A stretch of DNA of 64,000 bases from Tubiluchus corallicola (GCA_030141605.1 JAQGDQ010000037.1:434001-498000), one strand, 5' to 3'; shown: positions 40,232 through 53,840, counted from the first letter of the stretch. The notes: a model not told the origin generated them from the sequence alone. Numbers and translations: made by a program.

Positions 40232-40234
40232 ATT

Positions 40235-40276
<42 letters not shown>

Positions 40277-40293
40277 GTCGTCGTCGTCATCAT
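40232..40293. repeat. (TCA)n(TCG)n microsatellite
   Basis: Read directly from the sequence. Confidence 0.95.
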
Positions 40294-41480
40294 CGATATG
40301 CATTATTTTCATTCTTAAAAGGTGCAGACCGTATAATAGTACGATAAGCATAAAATACGTGGGTCGGTAGAACATTAAAACGTTTATTAGTTTTATTTGC
40401 AGCGGGATAAATGCGCCGAAGCTTTTGTCCGATACAAATCTTTTCAGCTTCCGCCATTTTATTTAAATTCTATGCATCCTAGTATCTAATTGTATCACAT
40501 CCTATTCAGCACGCCACTCTGTTCTTTAACAAGAATAGAGTTTATCTTTTGAATTCGTCATCATTCATGATACATTATTCAACGTCAAGAAAACTGTACG
40601 CTGAAGATGATTAAAGCGACCAACAAATCGCGCTTCATCAAGACCACACAATGTTAATCACTCAGGCCGATTTAATTATATCAATGGCGCATGCACATGA
40701 TTAACAACTAACAACAATTAACAGTCAATAATTATACAGGAGCTATTCATGACAGTAGATGTGCATGTGAATAAATTAAGTCGATCACAAAGTAATCAGT
40801 TATTGAGATAATAATAACTAGCTTGTTGGTACGCACTGAGGTGAACTCAAGGAGAAAATTCAACATTGCTCTTACAGAGGAAGTAATGCTTGTACTAACA
40901 AGCTGGACAGTTAATTGATAATTATAGAGACATGCACAAGGTAGATTCATGCAATAAAATAGATTTTGTCATTATTATTGTGACTGGTTTGCGCGACCAT
41001 ATTAATGCAGCGTTCGCGTTTTGTAAATCATATTAAAATTTACAATTATTCTTTGGCAACACTAAACATAGATAAACAACATCAATACATCGCGCCTGCT
41101 AAGTGAAAATACCGCACATCATTTATATTTTGCTATATTTGCTCTGTCCTCTGTCCTTTACTTGCTTTGCTCGTTAATTTCTGAAGTACACCTGACTAAT
41201 TAACTATACATATGTAAGACAAGTAACAGCTTTTGTTGAAAAAAGCCATAAATCGACCTATTGACGAATGTTGGCCCCTCAAAAATGTTGTTTTCTGCCA
41301 TTAGTAAGTGACAATTAGTTCATGCTGTTAACCTTTGCACGGCCCTTAGAGAGCCAATTCCTTCAAAGTCTTTACGACATCTTTAAACACGTACAGCATC
41401 ATTTTTGAGAGGCTATTGAAAATTACCTCCTGAATCTTAATGAAATAGTAGGAGCGATTCATTTTTAGATGCTACCAGTC

Positions 41481-41482
<2 letters not shown>

Positions 41483-41532
<50 letters not shown>
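41483..41532. repeat. (GA)n microsatellite
   Basis: Read directly from the sequence. Confidence 0.97.
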
Positions 41533-41604
41533 TAGGTTGACTGACTCACTTGAAAGCTCGGGCTAAATTGAGTTAAATAAATCGCTTGAATAAGTACATG
41601 TTAA

Positions 41605-42548
41605 AGTTCATTATGTAACAAAAGGCTCATTACATGGCAACGCGATGTTATGTAACAGAAAATGCCTGCATTAGGTAACAAGTAACAAAATTCGTCATTG
41701 TAGTAATTTTCAGAGCATTATGTAACTATTTTGGCGTCATTATGTAATGCATTATGAAAGGAAAAATGACATACTTTGTGAATGATTAATGTTGGTTTGG
41801 ACGTGGTTTGCTTGACGTTTGGATGCGGGCTGGTTATTGAACTTGGTCAGTTTTTTCCTGTTGTATATGTGGGTCCAGCTCGGTCTGATCTGGTCACATG
41901 TCTATAATGTCAGACGTTTGATCTGTCTAAAGTTTGGTCTGATTGAATCTGATCTGTTGGCAGTATTTGGCATGGGTTTGCATTTATCAATGCAAGAAAT
42001 TGGAAAATAGTCGCAAACGAAAAAATTTTTCTCGACCATTCTCTCTTCTGGATCCGACACCCGTTCTTAGTTCTTAGTCACCTTGTTTGGAAAAATTATC
42101 GCTCATATTTATCATTGAAGATACGTCAGGCAAGAAGCCCCATCATACTAAGTTGAAATTTCGTACAGACATGTGACATACTGTGGACTAATTTGCAGCC
42201 TAAAGGAGCCCAGTTTTTCAATTATTCAAACCCAGCCAGAGCAAACCATTGACAGGTTAGGCCTGAGATATACCAAACCCATCTAGACAGCCAAACAGAC
42301 TAACCACAAACAAGACTTCTGATAGATCAGAGTACAGACAGGCCAGTCACCGACCTCTAATAGATCAGGTCAGACCTCAGACAAACGTGCCATAGACCAC
42401 TGATATATAAGATCTCACACAGATGATCACAGGTGAGACCCCAGACAGAAAGTCACAGAGCAGCCATCTAATAGCTTAAACCTCAGACAGACAAAACTCC
42501 TGACAATCCATTTTTGATTGTTACATAATGTTGCATTTGTTACATATA
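41605..42548. mobile_element. Decayed foldback-like element with mirrored subterminal repeats
   Basis: ATTATGTAAC repeats on the left (41610-41750) and GTTACATAAT/GTTACATA on the right (42519-42547). Inner TCTG/GATCTG-rich block 41860-41960 is mirrored by a CAGA/CAGATC-rich block 42280-42500. Confidence 0.5.
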
Positions 42549-43466
42549 AACAATAGCAAACTGGTTATCTGACTCGTCGTTGTCGACATTATAATCATCA
42601 TGGAAGAAATGGTACCCCGAACTGGAGTACCTCTGGTCTAAGCGATGTTATAAATATAAATACTAAACCATGGCTTCTATTCTGTGCCCAGCAAGTCTTT
42701 CGCAAGACAAATTATAAAAGCAGTAATAACATAATTAGACTCAAGACCGTCTGATGACGCTGCAGCTGCTTTGAGTCTCACTGCATTGATTACAGCGAAG
42801 AGTGACATTAATCAAAACTATACTAGTTTGTTTTGCAATGTGCTGTGTAAACCTCGTTCATTGTGCAAGCGATAATAACTCATTCACGCAACTCATAAAA
42901 TATTTTGCATCCCGAGATTGGCTTTTATGCACGTCTTTGTGTTGGCGCGTCTATATATGTTTAACAGACTCGGCAGTTATATGAGTTTCTGCCATTAGAA
43001 TGGCACGTAATTTATGCACACATAGTAAAGATTTGAAAACTGAATTAATTGGATAAATGCATTTAAGCTTGAATGGTTTCGCTTTTTAGAATAAGCTTAA
43101 AATGTGACAAGGCTTCAAAAGCAATGCCCAGAGTGGGATGCAATCGTGCAAAAATCAGCAAAAATCTGTCTGCAAGTTTTGCGATAACAAAGTATACTAA
43201 TCAATAAAAAAAAGGTTTATTTGGTATGCGTGCTTACAATGAGTATGCCAGGGGTACAAGTTTCACTGGAACCCAGATTACATGCCATGATAATATGCAT
43301 GCATATATCAATAACCGTTAGTGCAAAATAAGTTAAGTTGTTAATTTTAGATGAATTAGAAAGCAAAATTATCATAATTAAGAATTCACCCACAAAGTCA
43401 CTAAATACCTGAATCGAAAACTATTTGACTTAGTGGTTTCGACGTTCAAAGATGTGGATGGACGAG

Positions 43467-43962
43467 CGCCTGCTTCCTGTTTGCTCAGACTTTGTCTGTC
43501 CTCAAATTCGCAAATCCAATGTGCCTCCTCCTAGTATGCTCAGGTCTTGTCTGCCCTCAGTTCAATAACTTCATTGTGCCTGCTCCTAGTCCGCTTAGGC
43601 GTTCTCTGCACTCAGATCAACAACTTCATTATGCCTGCTCCTACTCCGTTTAGGCCTTGTCTGCCCTCACATCAACAGTTTCATTATGTCTGCTCCTAGT
43701 CCACTCAGGCTTAGCCTGCCCTCAGACCAAAACAGCTTCATTGTGCCTACACTTAGGTGCACAGATCTTGTCTGCCCATAAGATCAACAGCTTCATTGTG
43801 CCTGCTCCTGACTGCACAGATCTGTCTGCCCCCATATCAAGAGCTTCATTGTCCCTGATCCTAGTCGACTTAGACCTTGTCTGCCCTCAGATCAAGAGCC
43901 TCATTGACCATGCTCCTAACCCGCGCAGGCCTTGTTTGACCTAAGATCAAGCGCTTCATTAT
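43467..43962. repeat. Degenerate minisatellite, ~55-bp unit, ~9 copies
   Basis: Consensus approximately TCAGATCAACAGCTTCATTGTGCCTGCTCCTAGTCCGCTTAGGCCTTGTCTGCCC, head to tail with no spacers. Confidence 0.9.
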
Positions 43963-44384
43963 GAGAAACGTTACACATAGACTCGCATTTACTTTACGTA
44001 GTTTGAGGAAAAGTTGGTAAATGTATGTAACGTATTGGTGATTAATAACTGAGAAATGAGTGAGTTGAGTCAGGGTGACCTGTTATAATTTAAGTCAAGT
44101 TAAGTTCACCTTAGCTAATTAACTGATGTATTTTTTTGTATTTCAAAAACAAAGCTAAAACTTTTATGACAGCAAAAGAGATTTTCTTGTGTTTAAACTT
44201 TCGGGTATTGAAACCGTCATTTATTTAAAGACCTCTGCGTCCAGTATCCAATGCCCACATGATTCGTGTCCAATGGGTACAATAGGAACCAACAATGGGT
44301 TCCAATAGTTTTTTCATGCATGCAAACAGCCAAGTCCGTTATAAACATTTTCCTGTGTCCCAGTTCCCCCCCCCCTCGTGCCTA

Positions 44385-44600
44385 AAGTGCATACTCCAAT
44401 CCTTCATCTGTACAATCTTCTCCATGTCTAACTTGCCTTATGCCCGAATAGTTTTGTGTCCAAACTTGCTTGTGTCCAAATTTGCCAGTTTTCAAACACT
44501 TTGTGCGCAGACATCTTTTGTTTAAATGTTCATGTGCCAAACATGCTGTGCCGAAATCCCTATGTCCAAACTTCCTTGCTCTGTGGGAAATGCCCAACAC
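44385..44600. repeat. Degenerate ~15-bp unit array (TGTG(T/C)CCAAA..)
   Basis: Recurrent TGTGTCCAAA / TGTGCCAAA / TGTGCCGAAA / TATGTCCAAA at ~15-bp spacing. Confidence 0.55.
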
Positions 44601-46111
44601 ATTTTAGTGTGTTTCCATATGCAGTTGCTTACATCAACAGTCTAACATGATAGTAAAAACTGACGCTTAGATTGCCTCATTGACAAAAAAAGCAATACTT
44701 GATTCGAAATTTCATCTAGCAGGCACTTGGTTTGGTCAATTGATTCTAAACATTCAGCAAAGAGCTCCGACCAAGATATTAATTGAACATTGCGAATATG
44801 CTTTATAGTCAACATATGATTTTCCAACATTTCGGTAAAAGCTCTATATAAATTGAAAAACATGTTTTATGCCTTTCAGCAATTTTATTTCATGCTCAAA
44901 AGTAATTGCTGGCTTTATTATTAAGTGTTTAGATTGCACTATAATGAAAATGCCGAGTTCAAATACAATGTCTTGATGCAGTGGCAATCAAACAAATTTT
45001 CATTTCAGCTCAATTGGGATGTAGTATGTTATGCAAGGTCATTATAATACATAAATGGTTTTTATTGTTATCATTCACAGTGTTTTCTTGGTTGAGCACA
45101 CTATAAATCATTTACCAAAGATGTTCTCATACTCGGAACTGCTTTGTTATTGACTTATAAATAGGCCTAATTCTTGATAAGGCTGGACTTGCGTGTTGCA
45201 GCCAGGAGTGGTGGGTATTCATTAGTTTTAAAATTAGATCACCACCAATGTCAGCATCGTCGTTGTCGTCGTCGTCGTCGTCATTAAATCATCAACAACA
45301 GCAATTTCTCGTCATCACCATTTTCGTGATCATCATCGTGATCATTATCGTCATCGCCGCTAAACAATAAAATTGTCAGCTGTGATGAACATTAGTACAT
45401 TTTCAAGAATATCACCAGCTGCTTACTTACAAGCTTTAGCTCAATCATCTTCATCATCCTCTTCTCTACTAACATCAAATCACGACAACCACATCATAGG
45501 GTAAAATCACCGACAGCCTTCAGCATGACTATCATCATCACTACCATCGCCATTATACAGTGATCATCATCATTATAGTCAGTGATATTGGCATCATCAA
45601 AAGTCAATGATAATAATTAGGAATCACAAGGGCGCAACGCCAATATACCCTTCTAAGAATGTTAGTGGAGACCATATTGCATTTCTCAAAGATCGTTTTA
45701 TTTGATTAACTTCAGGAGAGCGACGTGACAACATTTATCCTCCTCCTTTTTGCCCCGTCACAGCGACCCGTAACTCTTAAAGCGCATTAAAAGTAGCGTA
45801 ATTTCACGCAGATTTGAGCAATGATTCCGCTTGTCTGCACTGGCGAATATTGACGCCTCATTTACTCACAATTAGTCTGCTAAAATCATTTTAATGTCTG
45901 AAGGTGTTTTGGGCTGAGGCTACAAGGAAACGTGGCGGTTTTGTCAATTGGAAATGGTCACCATTAATCTTTTTAGCCTAAAATAAAAATTAGACTTTGC
46001 ATAAAAAATTTTTTTATTGGACGATAGAAGCAGAGGCCATTGGACATTGCTGATGTAAACAAAGACGACTCAGCGATGACACGGCAAAGAAACCACTGTT
46101 ATTATTGTTGC

Positions 46112-46149
<38 letters not shown>

Positions 46150-46150
46150 G
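46112..46150. repeat. (TTG)n microsatellite
   Basis: Read directly from the sequence; followed by degenerate triplet repeats to ~46240. Confidence 0.95.
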
Positions 46151-48247
46151 CTCCTGCTGCTGCTACTTTGTTGCAGCGTCATCGTCGTCGTTGGCGGCTG
46201 TGGTGGTGTCATCATCATCATTGTTGTTGTCATCGTTGTTGGTAATGGCATATGGTTATGATGACATGTATAGACAACGTTATGAACGTGGATACAGGAC
46301 CTAACATAGGCCTGTATGCATTATGTTTAAGTTCATACGAATAGATGGCTTGTTTATGAACTTTATGAACTTATGCCGTCTAGTAAGATACAAAAAAGAC
46401 TGCTAGTTATAGACTAAAACAGTTTTGCAGGCCTGCATCATCATTATGAGCTTACGTTGAAGTCCAAACAAATAAGAGGCTTTTATACTGTTCCCTAATT
46501 TATGCTGTTCCCTAAAATACACAGTCGAAATGATATACTAATATTAATCGGCAATTTTTTATTTAATGGTGTTTGAATAAATTGTGCAACAAGGCTTAAC
46601 GGTTTGATGAGTGGGTGGAGTAGCGGTGTTGATGGATTTCGCGGGGAGGCGGGTCGCGAGAATAATGACGCATAAAATTGAAGTAGGTCTAGGGAAACAA
46701 CAGTACAGATGGTGCATTGTTGTTGTGGCCACACCTACCCCGCTGCTTTCTGTCTCATGATAATTAAATTGCTCCTAGTACGTCATTCATGGGCATGATC
46801 ATAAAATTTAATACGAGATTAAAGAAAGTTGTATGAATAACTGATTACAGCCCTCTTTTAGCAAAATGCAGAGCATTTTGAGCGGCTTTGTCCCGAATCA
46901 CAATCACTCATAAAGCAAACCGCTGAGAAATTGTTTGAGTACCTGACTTAAGTCTGTTAAAGTAAAATAGGCTGAACCTTTGCAGAAGAATCGTGCATTG
47001 TCGAGTGTGTTTGGCTTTTTGTTGGACACCAACAAATGTTTAGAAATCCTAGAACGGTGCTTCACAATGGAGTGAAATGGTTTTGTTGCCCACAGCTGGC
47101 TGCCTTATGGAGGCTTTTCTTACGCTGAGAATTAATTGAACAGAAGTTGTGGTGAATGGAAGAAAGAGTGCAAAGAAGGAGCTGAAAATCAACACTTGAA
47201 GTAGCTTTTAGAAACGGAAATCGGCCGTAGCATTGTTACTCGCAACCGCTATTTGCTTCCAGAAGAGAAAGGTCTTGCAAAATTGAACCCAGTTTACTTT
47301 ATTTATCAAACACTAACCGGGTCTTATAATCGAACTGCAATTACCGTTTAAATAGTTGAAATTTGAATAAACCTTAATCTGGCAACACAGTAAATATTAA
47401 GGGCTGGTGTTATCCTTGCATCCGAAACTTTCGTATTGTTGGTAGGCATACAATAAAGTGTAAAAATATTCAACCTAATACACGTATTTCCAATCTGCGT
47501 TTTCACCTAAAATGAAATCTCAAAAGTAAATTTTTGTTGGCGAAGAAATTGCCACGGTTATCAATGATGAAGCGAGAAACAATACACACATATTGTTCGT
47601 ATCATACATGTCGGTAATTATTTTCGAAAAAAGAAATGCACTGGCAGTTTACTCTGTCCAACTAAAGTTAAAAATTGTCTTATTTGTCAGTTTTCTATAA
47701 TTCATTGCTTGTTGTACGTTCTGCTAAATAATGATTCTGGTTGCCGTTAACATTCCCGAAATAATAAACCTAGTCACGGATGTACAACGAAATGTCACGG
47801 AAGTTGTCACTTTCAAGCTAGCTCTATAAAACAAATGATTTTCTAAAAAAGGACTTGTCTCTGTCATCGGAAGGATCGTACCACAAGCTTCTGATTTCCA
47901 TCCTTCCATGCCACTTCCATGCAAGTATACAGCACAACCGCATAACTAAACTACGATTTCGTACTGTTCCTGGGAATGCTCCAACCGACGAACGTGATCA
48001 ACCTAGAGACTTGCCGTATGATCACTTACTCTATCAGAGCTTGTACCCTTTATTTATTATTATAAACTGAAGAGCTATTTATGTTCACTATTTTCAAGAA
48101 CAGTTATTGGTGGGTTAGAGTTGTTAAATATTGGTGACAATGTATTTTGAAATTTCATTCATGTAGTGACATCGCCGAATTTAAGTTTTAGACTACTGTT
48201 TGCGGTCAGCCGTACACCTTGGTGAGGCTTTCTACTAAACAATAATG

Positions 48248-48310
48248 GCAATGGCGCAACGAGTAGCACTTTGGGTTTCGCGTTCAAATCCCATAAGAAT
48301 GCTATTGCAG
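48248..48310 (+). mobile_element. tRNA-derived SINE head fragment
   Basis: TGGCGCAACGAGTAGCAC (A-box-like) and GCGTTCAAATCCC (B-box-like), with a shortened spacer. Confidence 0.35.
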
Positions 48311-48420
48311 TTAATCAGTGAAAGTCATTATTAATTAGTTTTATGATTTTTGGTAAAACTATTTGCTTCTAAAAATTTAGAGTAACAGTATTATCTTTTC
48401 TCATCTTTGTTTCTTTTCTG

Positions 48421-48424
<4 letters not shown>

Positions 48425-48490
<66 letters not shown>
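48425..48490. repeat. (CT)n microsatellite
   Basis: Read directly from the sequence. Confidence 0.97.
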
Positions 48491-48492
<2 letters not shown>

Positions 48493-49602
48493 TTCATTTC
48501 CCCTCTCAACCTTATCTTCTTCTCTGTACATTAGAAAATCAGTGCATAAATTCCTACCTAGGCATGTATAGGCTACGCCATAAAATCTTGATTGCGATAA
48601 ATACATGAATTGGGAAAAAATCTAGCCTACCAATTCTGACATGCAGATGAGACATTCTACGATACGTACATGAATCCAACCTCCCAAGGACCACGCCCAA
48701 ATGAAAGCTTCATTGTGTTTGCATACGATACAGTAACATAATTAATAAACATCAGAATGTTAGAACACAAATAAAACCACAACTAATTACGCGTTTTTGC
48801 ATTGCATTTTAAAATTGTTCAAATTGCTTAGTCTCTTCAAATCCTGCAATAAGTGAATGTTTTCATAAAGGGTTTAATTTAGACAATTATGCAACTTCAT
48901 TAACAAAAATGATTAATGGATGAAGGGTGTCATCTCTGGACAAGCAGCTACTTAATGAAGCCATTTTTCTTGTCTGTGTACGTGTCAAGTAATAAATGAA
49001 ATTTGCTTAAATTTATCAGTAGATGACTAGATGGGTTCCATTATTTTCTTGCAGTTTAAAGGTGGATCCATGCGCGGAAGAACACGACAGAATGCCCCTT
49101 TAGGCTGTTTTTAAAGTTTTTACTTTACACTTGTCTATACGCTTTGGAAATAAGTAAATAAATAAAGAAATAGATAAATGGCTAGCTATAATAAATAAGT
49201 AAATGCACAATTAAATAAATCAATAATGAATAAACAAAGGAAGGAAAAATAATAAAAAGAACGAACGAACGAAAGAACAAACGAACGAATGAATGACTGA
49301 ATGAAAGAGTGAAGAGGGTATAAATAAATTAATAAAGGAACGTTGCATCATTGGATCATCATTGGAAAGAAACAAAAAGGTTGCAGAAAGAAAAACACAC
49401 TGAGAAGGGAAATGATAAAAAAAACTTAAAAAATAACCATTTCCAAATAGTGTCTTAAAAATTTTTGCGTTTTTGCACTTTGTGTCTGCTACGTGTTATC
49501 ACTGGAAAATGCCTGCACGAAGACGTTACAGCTAAATTTAACAATAACTACTTTACTGATAGAAAATACGCAGTGTATTAGTTTCTCAGTGCGTCTACAA
49601 AT

Positions 49603-49874
49603 GGTTTGGTATTGCGGTAACGCGCTCGCTTTTCCTCGAAGAGGTCCTGAGTTTGATACAGCGGCGAGGTCATATCAAAGACTTTAAAAATGGTACCTGC
49701 TGTTGCCCTGCCTGGCGCGTGGTATTCAGGGTAAAAGCGGAGTAATAGTTGTTTTACTACAGTAGTTATGTAGGTGTAGTTTGTTATCTGCAGTCGGCAA
49801 AAAGCTGTTCGAGCTGATGTTAATTGTTCATCCAAAAGCCGATTTTAAATAAAGATTATTATTATTATTATTAT
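49603..49874 (+). mobile_element. tRNA-derived SINE with Meta core domain and LINE-like (ATT)n tail
   Basis: A-box-like TGGTATTGCGG and B-box-like GAGTTTGATAC, followed by GGTCATATCAAAGACTTTAAAAATGGTACC...CCCTGCCTGGCGC matching the recalled MetaSINE core. The tail has a TCGGC/GCCGA stem, AATAAAG and (ATT)n. Confidence 0.8.
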
Positions 49875-50883
49875 CAACCATTGTAAAAATCTGGATATTC
49901 GCGCCATCTTGTTGCAGTTTTTGCGGTCTTCTTGGAAGCTTGAAAAAGTAAGTACTTTGTAATCTATAATATGATTTATTGACTAAATTTATTCGTTTTC
50001 GTATGCAAATAACCATCGGTCCTCAGTGCAGAGCAAATGTCCACGAATCAATTCAATTTCTGTAGCTTAATGGATTTTATTGTACCTTTTAGGACCCCGT
50101 TTAAATCTGTTCGCTCAGAATTTGCATGCGGCTTGTATTTGCATGAAGAATAATGACACGTTTAAAGCAAATTTCTGAATACATTAAGTACATGTTTATG
50201 TGATTAAGTCGCCGGTGCGCCTCTAATCCAGGAGATCACAATAGTATTTGCCGAAGCCGTCACTGATTGCTTCAACACCGTCACTTTAACAGAGTAAACA
50301 TTGCCTATCAAAAGTAACCATTTGGCAGACGAACAGTTTGTACTGAAAATGGCATATTGTCATTGAAATTAGCCAAACCCAAAACTCAATTGTTGACCGA
50401 AAACTCAAGAACGCGCAAATCGGATCCTACACAAATAAAATTAGCGCTAAAAGGTATTCGCTACAATTGCTGGCTTCAACTGCCAGTCAATTTGGCATTG
50501 AAATGACGTTGTTGAATCCGCTGGGTATGCAGCACAGTTACTTGGGGCTAGTAGATAAGTACGTGGACCATGATACTCGTCTCTTTGAACAAACACAGCT
50601 TCTCCTTCAATCACTAAAGTTTCTGTGGACTACGTATTCATAGGCAAATCATCGTGTAAAGTGTTAAAACCACGGAACAATCCTTTACACGAGGAAGGGA
50701 AGGGAAAAATCGTTTTTCACAATGTAATGGCATTGAGCGTGGGAATTAGTTATTATAGTAATCTACATCGCCTCCTATGTTTTCCAGGTTAACCATTTAT
50801 AATTTTCAAATATATTGATAATTGAACAGTAATTGAATATAATCAAATAAAAGAATATTGAATGTATTTGAATGCAATATTGG

Positions 50884-51273
50884 CTGAGTAGGATTATCCT
50901 ATAGGCTAGTATAGGCTGCAGCCTAGGGCCCCACAAGCTTCTGGGGGCTCAAGCTTTGGTAACACTTGGTAAAAAAACCATTCTTTACTACGGTTGTGTT
51001 GAAATGTTTGCTAACTTGGTTTGCAATAAATAGTAAAATTGTGGTATTTCTTAACGAATATTTTTATTCTATTCTAGTATTCTAGAAGTCAGCTATTCTA
51101 GTTTATTTTACGAATTTGCAATAAATTTACTTCGAGCTATGTAAATGTAGGTAAAATATATCACGAGTAAAATATTCAAGACGGGTATGGATGAGTTAAA
51201 GGGTGTCTTCGTCTGATGGAGGCCTGATAATTTTATTAGCCTAGGAGCCCCTATAGGTCAAAATTCGGCCCTG
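50884..51273. mobile_element. hAT-type MITE (CAGGGCCG-class TIRs), degenerate left end
   Basis: Right end CCTATAGGTCAAAATTCGGCCCTG; left end CTGAGTAGGATTATCCTATAGG is its decayed inverse. Subterminal GCCTAGG(G/A)GCCCC motifs. Flanks AATATTGG / AATATATA share 5 of 8 bases, a possible decayed 8-bp TSD. Confidence 0.65.
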
Positions 51274-51816
51274 AATATATAGCCGTTATACAAACAATCT
51301 GCGTGGCTTCAAGAACAGTTCATTAACGTTTGCCACCCACAAACTGTCTGGCACTCAAAGGTGAGGATTGACACGGGAGAAAAGCCTGCAGTTGATTATA
51401 CGGTTAACTATATAGTCAAGAAAATCAACATAATTTTATATAGTTAACTACAAATATATACTCCAAAAGAAAAAGAAGATTCTTTCAGTGCATGCTCCCT
51501 ATAACCTTGGCTTGACTAATTTGACCTAGTAGATCTTCCAAAGTCGTTACGACATTATTCATGTTACAACGAAAAGTGTTAAATTGTGGGGGGACCTAAA
51601 CGAAAAGCTACTGGGCATTAATATGGCGACCAAAAAATACTAAACAAAAGATTACAATGGTGCGTGTCAGCAATAGTATATCCGTCTGTATAACTTGCAA
51701 GTTCTAGCCAGTAAACTTTTTGCGTTAATATGTAATGCGGTGTATTGACTTACGACTCCCGTAAATTATTTTAATGCTGTTTAAATAAAAATGATATAAT
51801 GGCTGTTACGGGAGTT

Positions 51817-51941
51817 AATTAAACTGCACCTTCAAAAACCAGAACAATTTCCTCAATGAAATTAAACTGCCTAGAGAATTTAACTGTACCTTCAAAAACC
51901 AGAACAATTTCCTCAATGAAATTAAATTGCCTAGAGAATTT
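51817..51941. repeat. Tandem duplication, 60-bp period, 2 copies
   Basis: ACCTTCAAAAACCAGAACAATTTCCTCAATGAAATTAAA..GCCTAGAGAATTT repeated at an exact 60-bp offset with 3 mismatches. Confidence 0.95.
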
Positions 51942-53764
51942 TCGCTAGCTGTCAAAACCTTAGTGTCAAGTTAGCAAATCTAAATCTTGGTTTACATTAA
52001 ACACTAGCAAATCTTGAAACTTGTGGAACTGGTGCGACTTTACCCATTGCGCTTTGTTCCCTGAATTTGCCGCCGTGAAGCATCATATTTAAAAAAATGA
52101 ATGTACTTTTTTGTAACTACTTTTTTGAAATACTTTGCTTGAACTTGGCTTTTGTCTTGGCTTGAGTGGACTGAGAATTCCTCTACGATTATGTAACGCA
52201 GATATTGCGATTCAAAGATACGACGCTGCACGTTGCTTCTGCTTTTGAGTACTTCTTCCAAGATAAAACTGAGCTGCGAATTATAGTCTACGCTTATATG
52301 ATTAAAAATGAAAAGTTTAGGTTTGGAAATCGGACCTACCTGTCGCTCACGTCTCACATAATGGCGGACATACACAAGTTATAGGTGATTTGTTGCGTTA
52401 GTGCTATGCTTGCGGATATTATATTTTCTCGATGAGGCAACATTTACTTGACTGAAGAGAATCATATATCTACTCCAACCCACCCCAATTTATCAACTAT
52501 GTGTAAGCAAGCAGAGTTTTTTTTAATACAATTTAGTTTCTCATTTCACATCTAGTATATTTTGGCTACGCAAGCTTACGTTGTTTTCACGGTTCTAGTG
52601 AAGTCAAGTCTGCATGGGTTATGAATTGTGAAACCTGTCGGCAAAATTCGCTCTAAGGATTACGAAAAAACGACACACACGTGGCACTGATTACGTATAA
52701 ATTTATTACTAACCAACCCTTCTTTAAATTCTAGTCTCGACATCAATAATCAACATTTATTTTGTTTTTATTTATTGGATGCAGCGGTTAAGTCATACTC
52801 AATGTCAAAACGAGCAGCTCTGGTATCAATACCAAATTAATTCCTTTATTTGAAAATTAAACAACTTTTGAACACGCACAATAGCAGAATGAAAATTGAA
52901 CTTTGTTCTGTGGTCGCTACATTGAAGCCAGGAAATTTGAGGACTTCCTTTCAAACGGTAAAATTTCTGTTCTTGGTGCCGCAACGTCTACCTTTGTTCT
53001 TGCTTTGTTAGTTTTTATCTAAAAGCTAACTTTTATCGAACAACTATTCAAAAAGTCGCCTTTTTTGCGCTGTAATCCATATCAGAGTTACGGAAAGGCG
53101 AAAAGAGATGGTACTTATCCTTGTATGTATTCTTTCTCGGATCCTAATCAAACATACGGGAGATTATACAAGAGAAAACGGCAAATTGAAACATGGTACA
53201 AACTAAACACTGCTGACTGTTTGACAATTTTCACAATGGCAAAAGGCATGAAATGTGAGAACTGCGGCGCAAAATTGACACAAAGATTACGATAGTCGCC
53301 CATATAACTCATGATTGATGATTCAGCGGCGAGTTGAAAATTATGTATATGGAGAGTAGTTATTAACGATCACGTGATATTTTGTTTGGACGACAATTAT
53401 TTGAAAGACCAGACATGGGGACTTCGAGGCTTCGAGCTCAGGTCCATTTAGCCCCAGTGTCCTAATATCTGGGTCCAAAGACCCCGCCCAATTGAATTGA
53501 TCCAGACCTCTGGCTAAATGTTTAATACCAAACGTTATGGAATCCATATTCTGAGTTCTGACCGCCTTTTACAGCTGGTCTACCCATCTGTAATGTATTG
53601 CGTCCGCTTGAGCTCGTACTGCAATATATAAGTTAAAGGATAAATACAGCAAATCGTGATCTTGTGTGAGCATTTTGCCATAGATGTTGAACAGATATAA
53701 GAGTTAGGCAAAGTTACATTACGTGACTAGTTACTAGCGTTTTTGCTTTAACTTTTCGCAACAG

Positions 53765-53840
53765 TTACTTATCGGCCATAGCACAACTGTCGGAATGCAA
53801 GAAGTCTTGGGTTTGAATTCCAGCAGAAAGCAATTGTTTT
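53765..53840 (+). mobile_element. tRNA-derived SINE head fragment
   Basis: GAAGTCTTGGGTTTGAATTCCAGC B-box-like segment with a decayed upstream arm. Confidence 0.35.

Noticed and set aside
42737-42780. CTGATGA inside an AGACTCAA/TTGAGTCT inverted repeat as a second hammerhead
   Set aside because: No GAAA box or UH site follows. A similar near-miss on the minus strand at ~18525-18560 also lacks GAAA.
43467-43962. CRISPR-like periodicity
   Set aside because: Units are head to tail and homologous over their full length, with no unique spacers and no cas genes; the context is eukaryotic.
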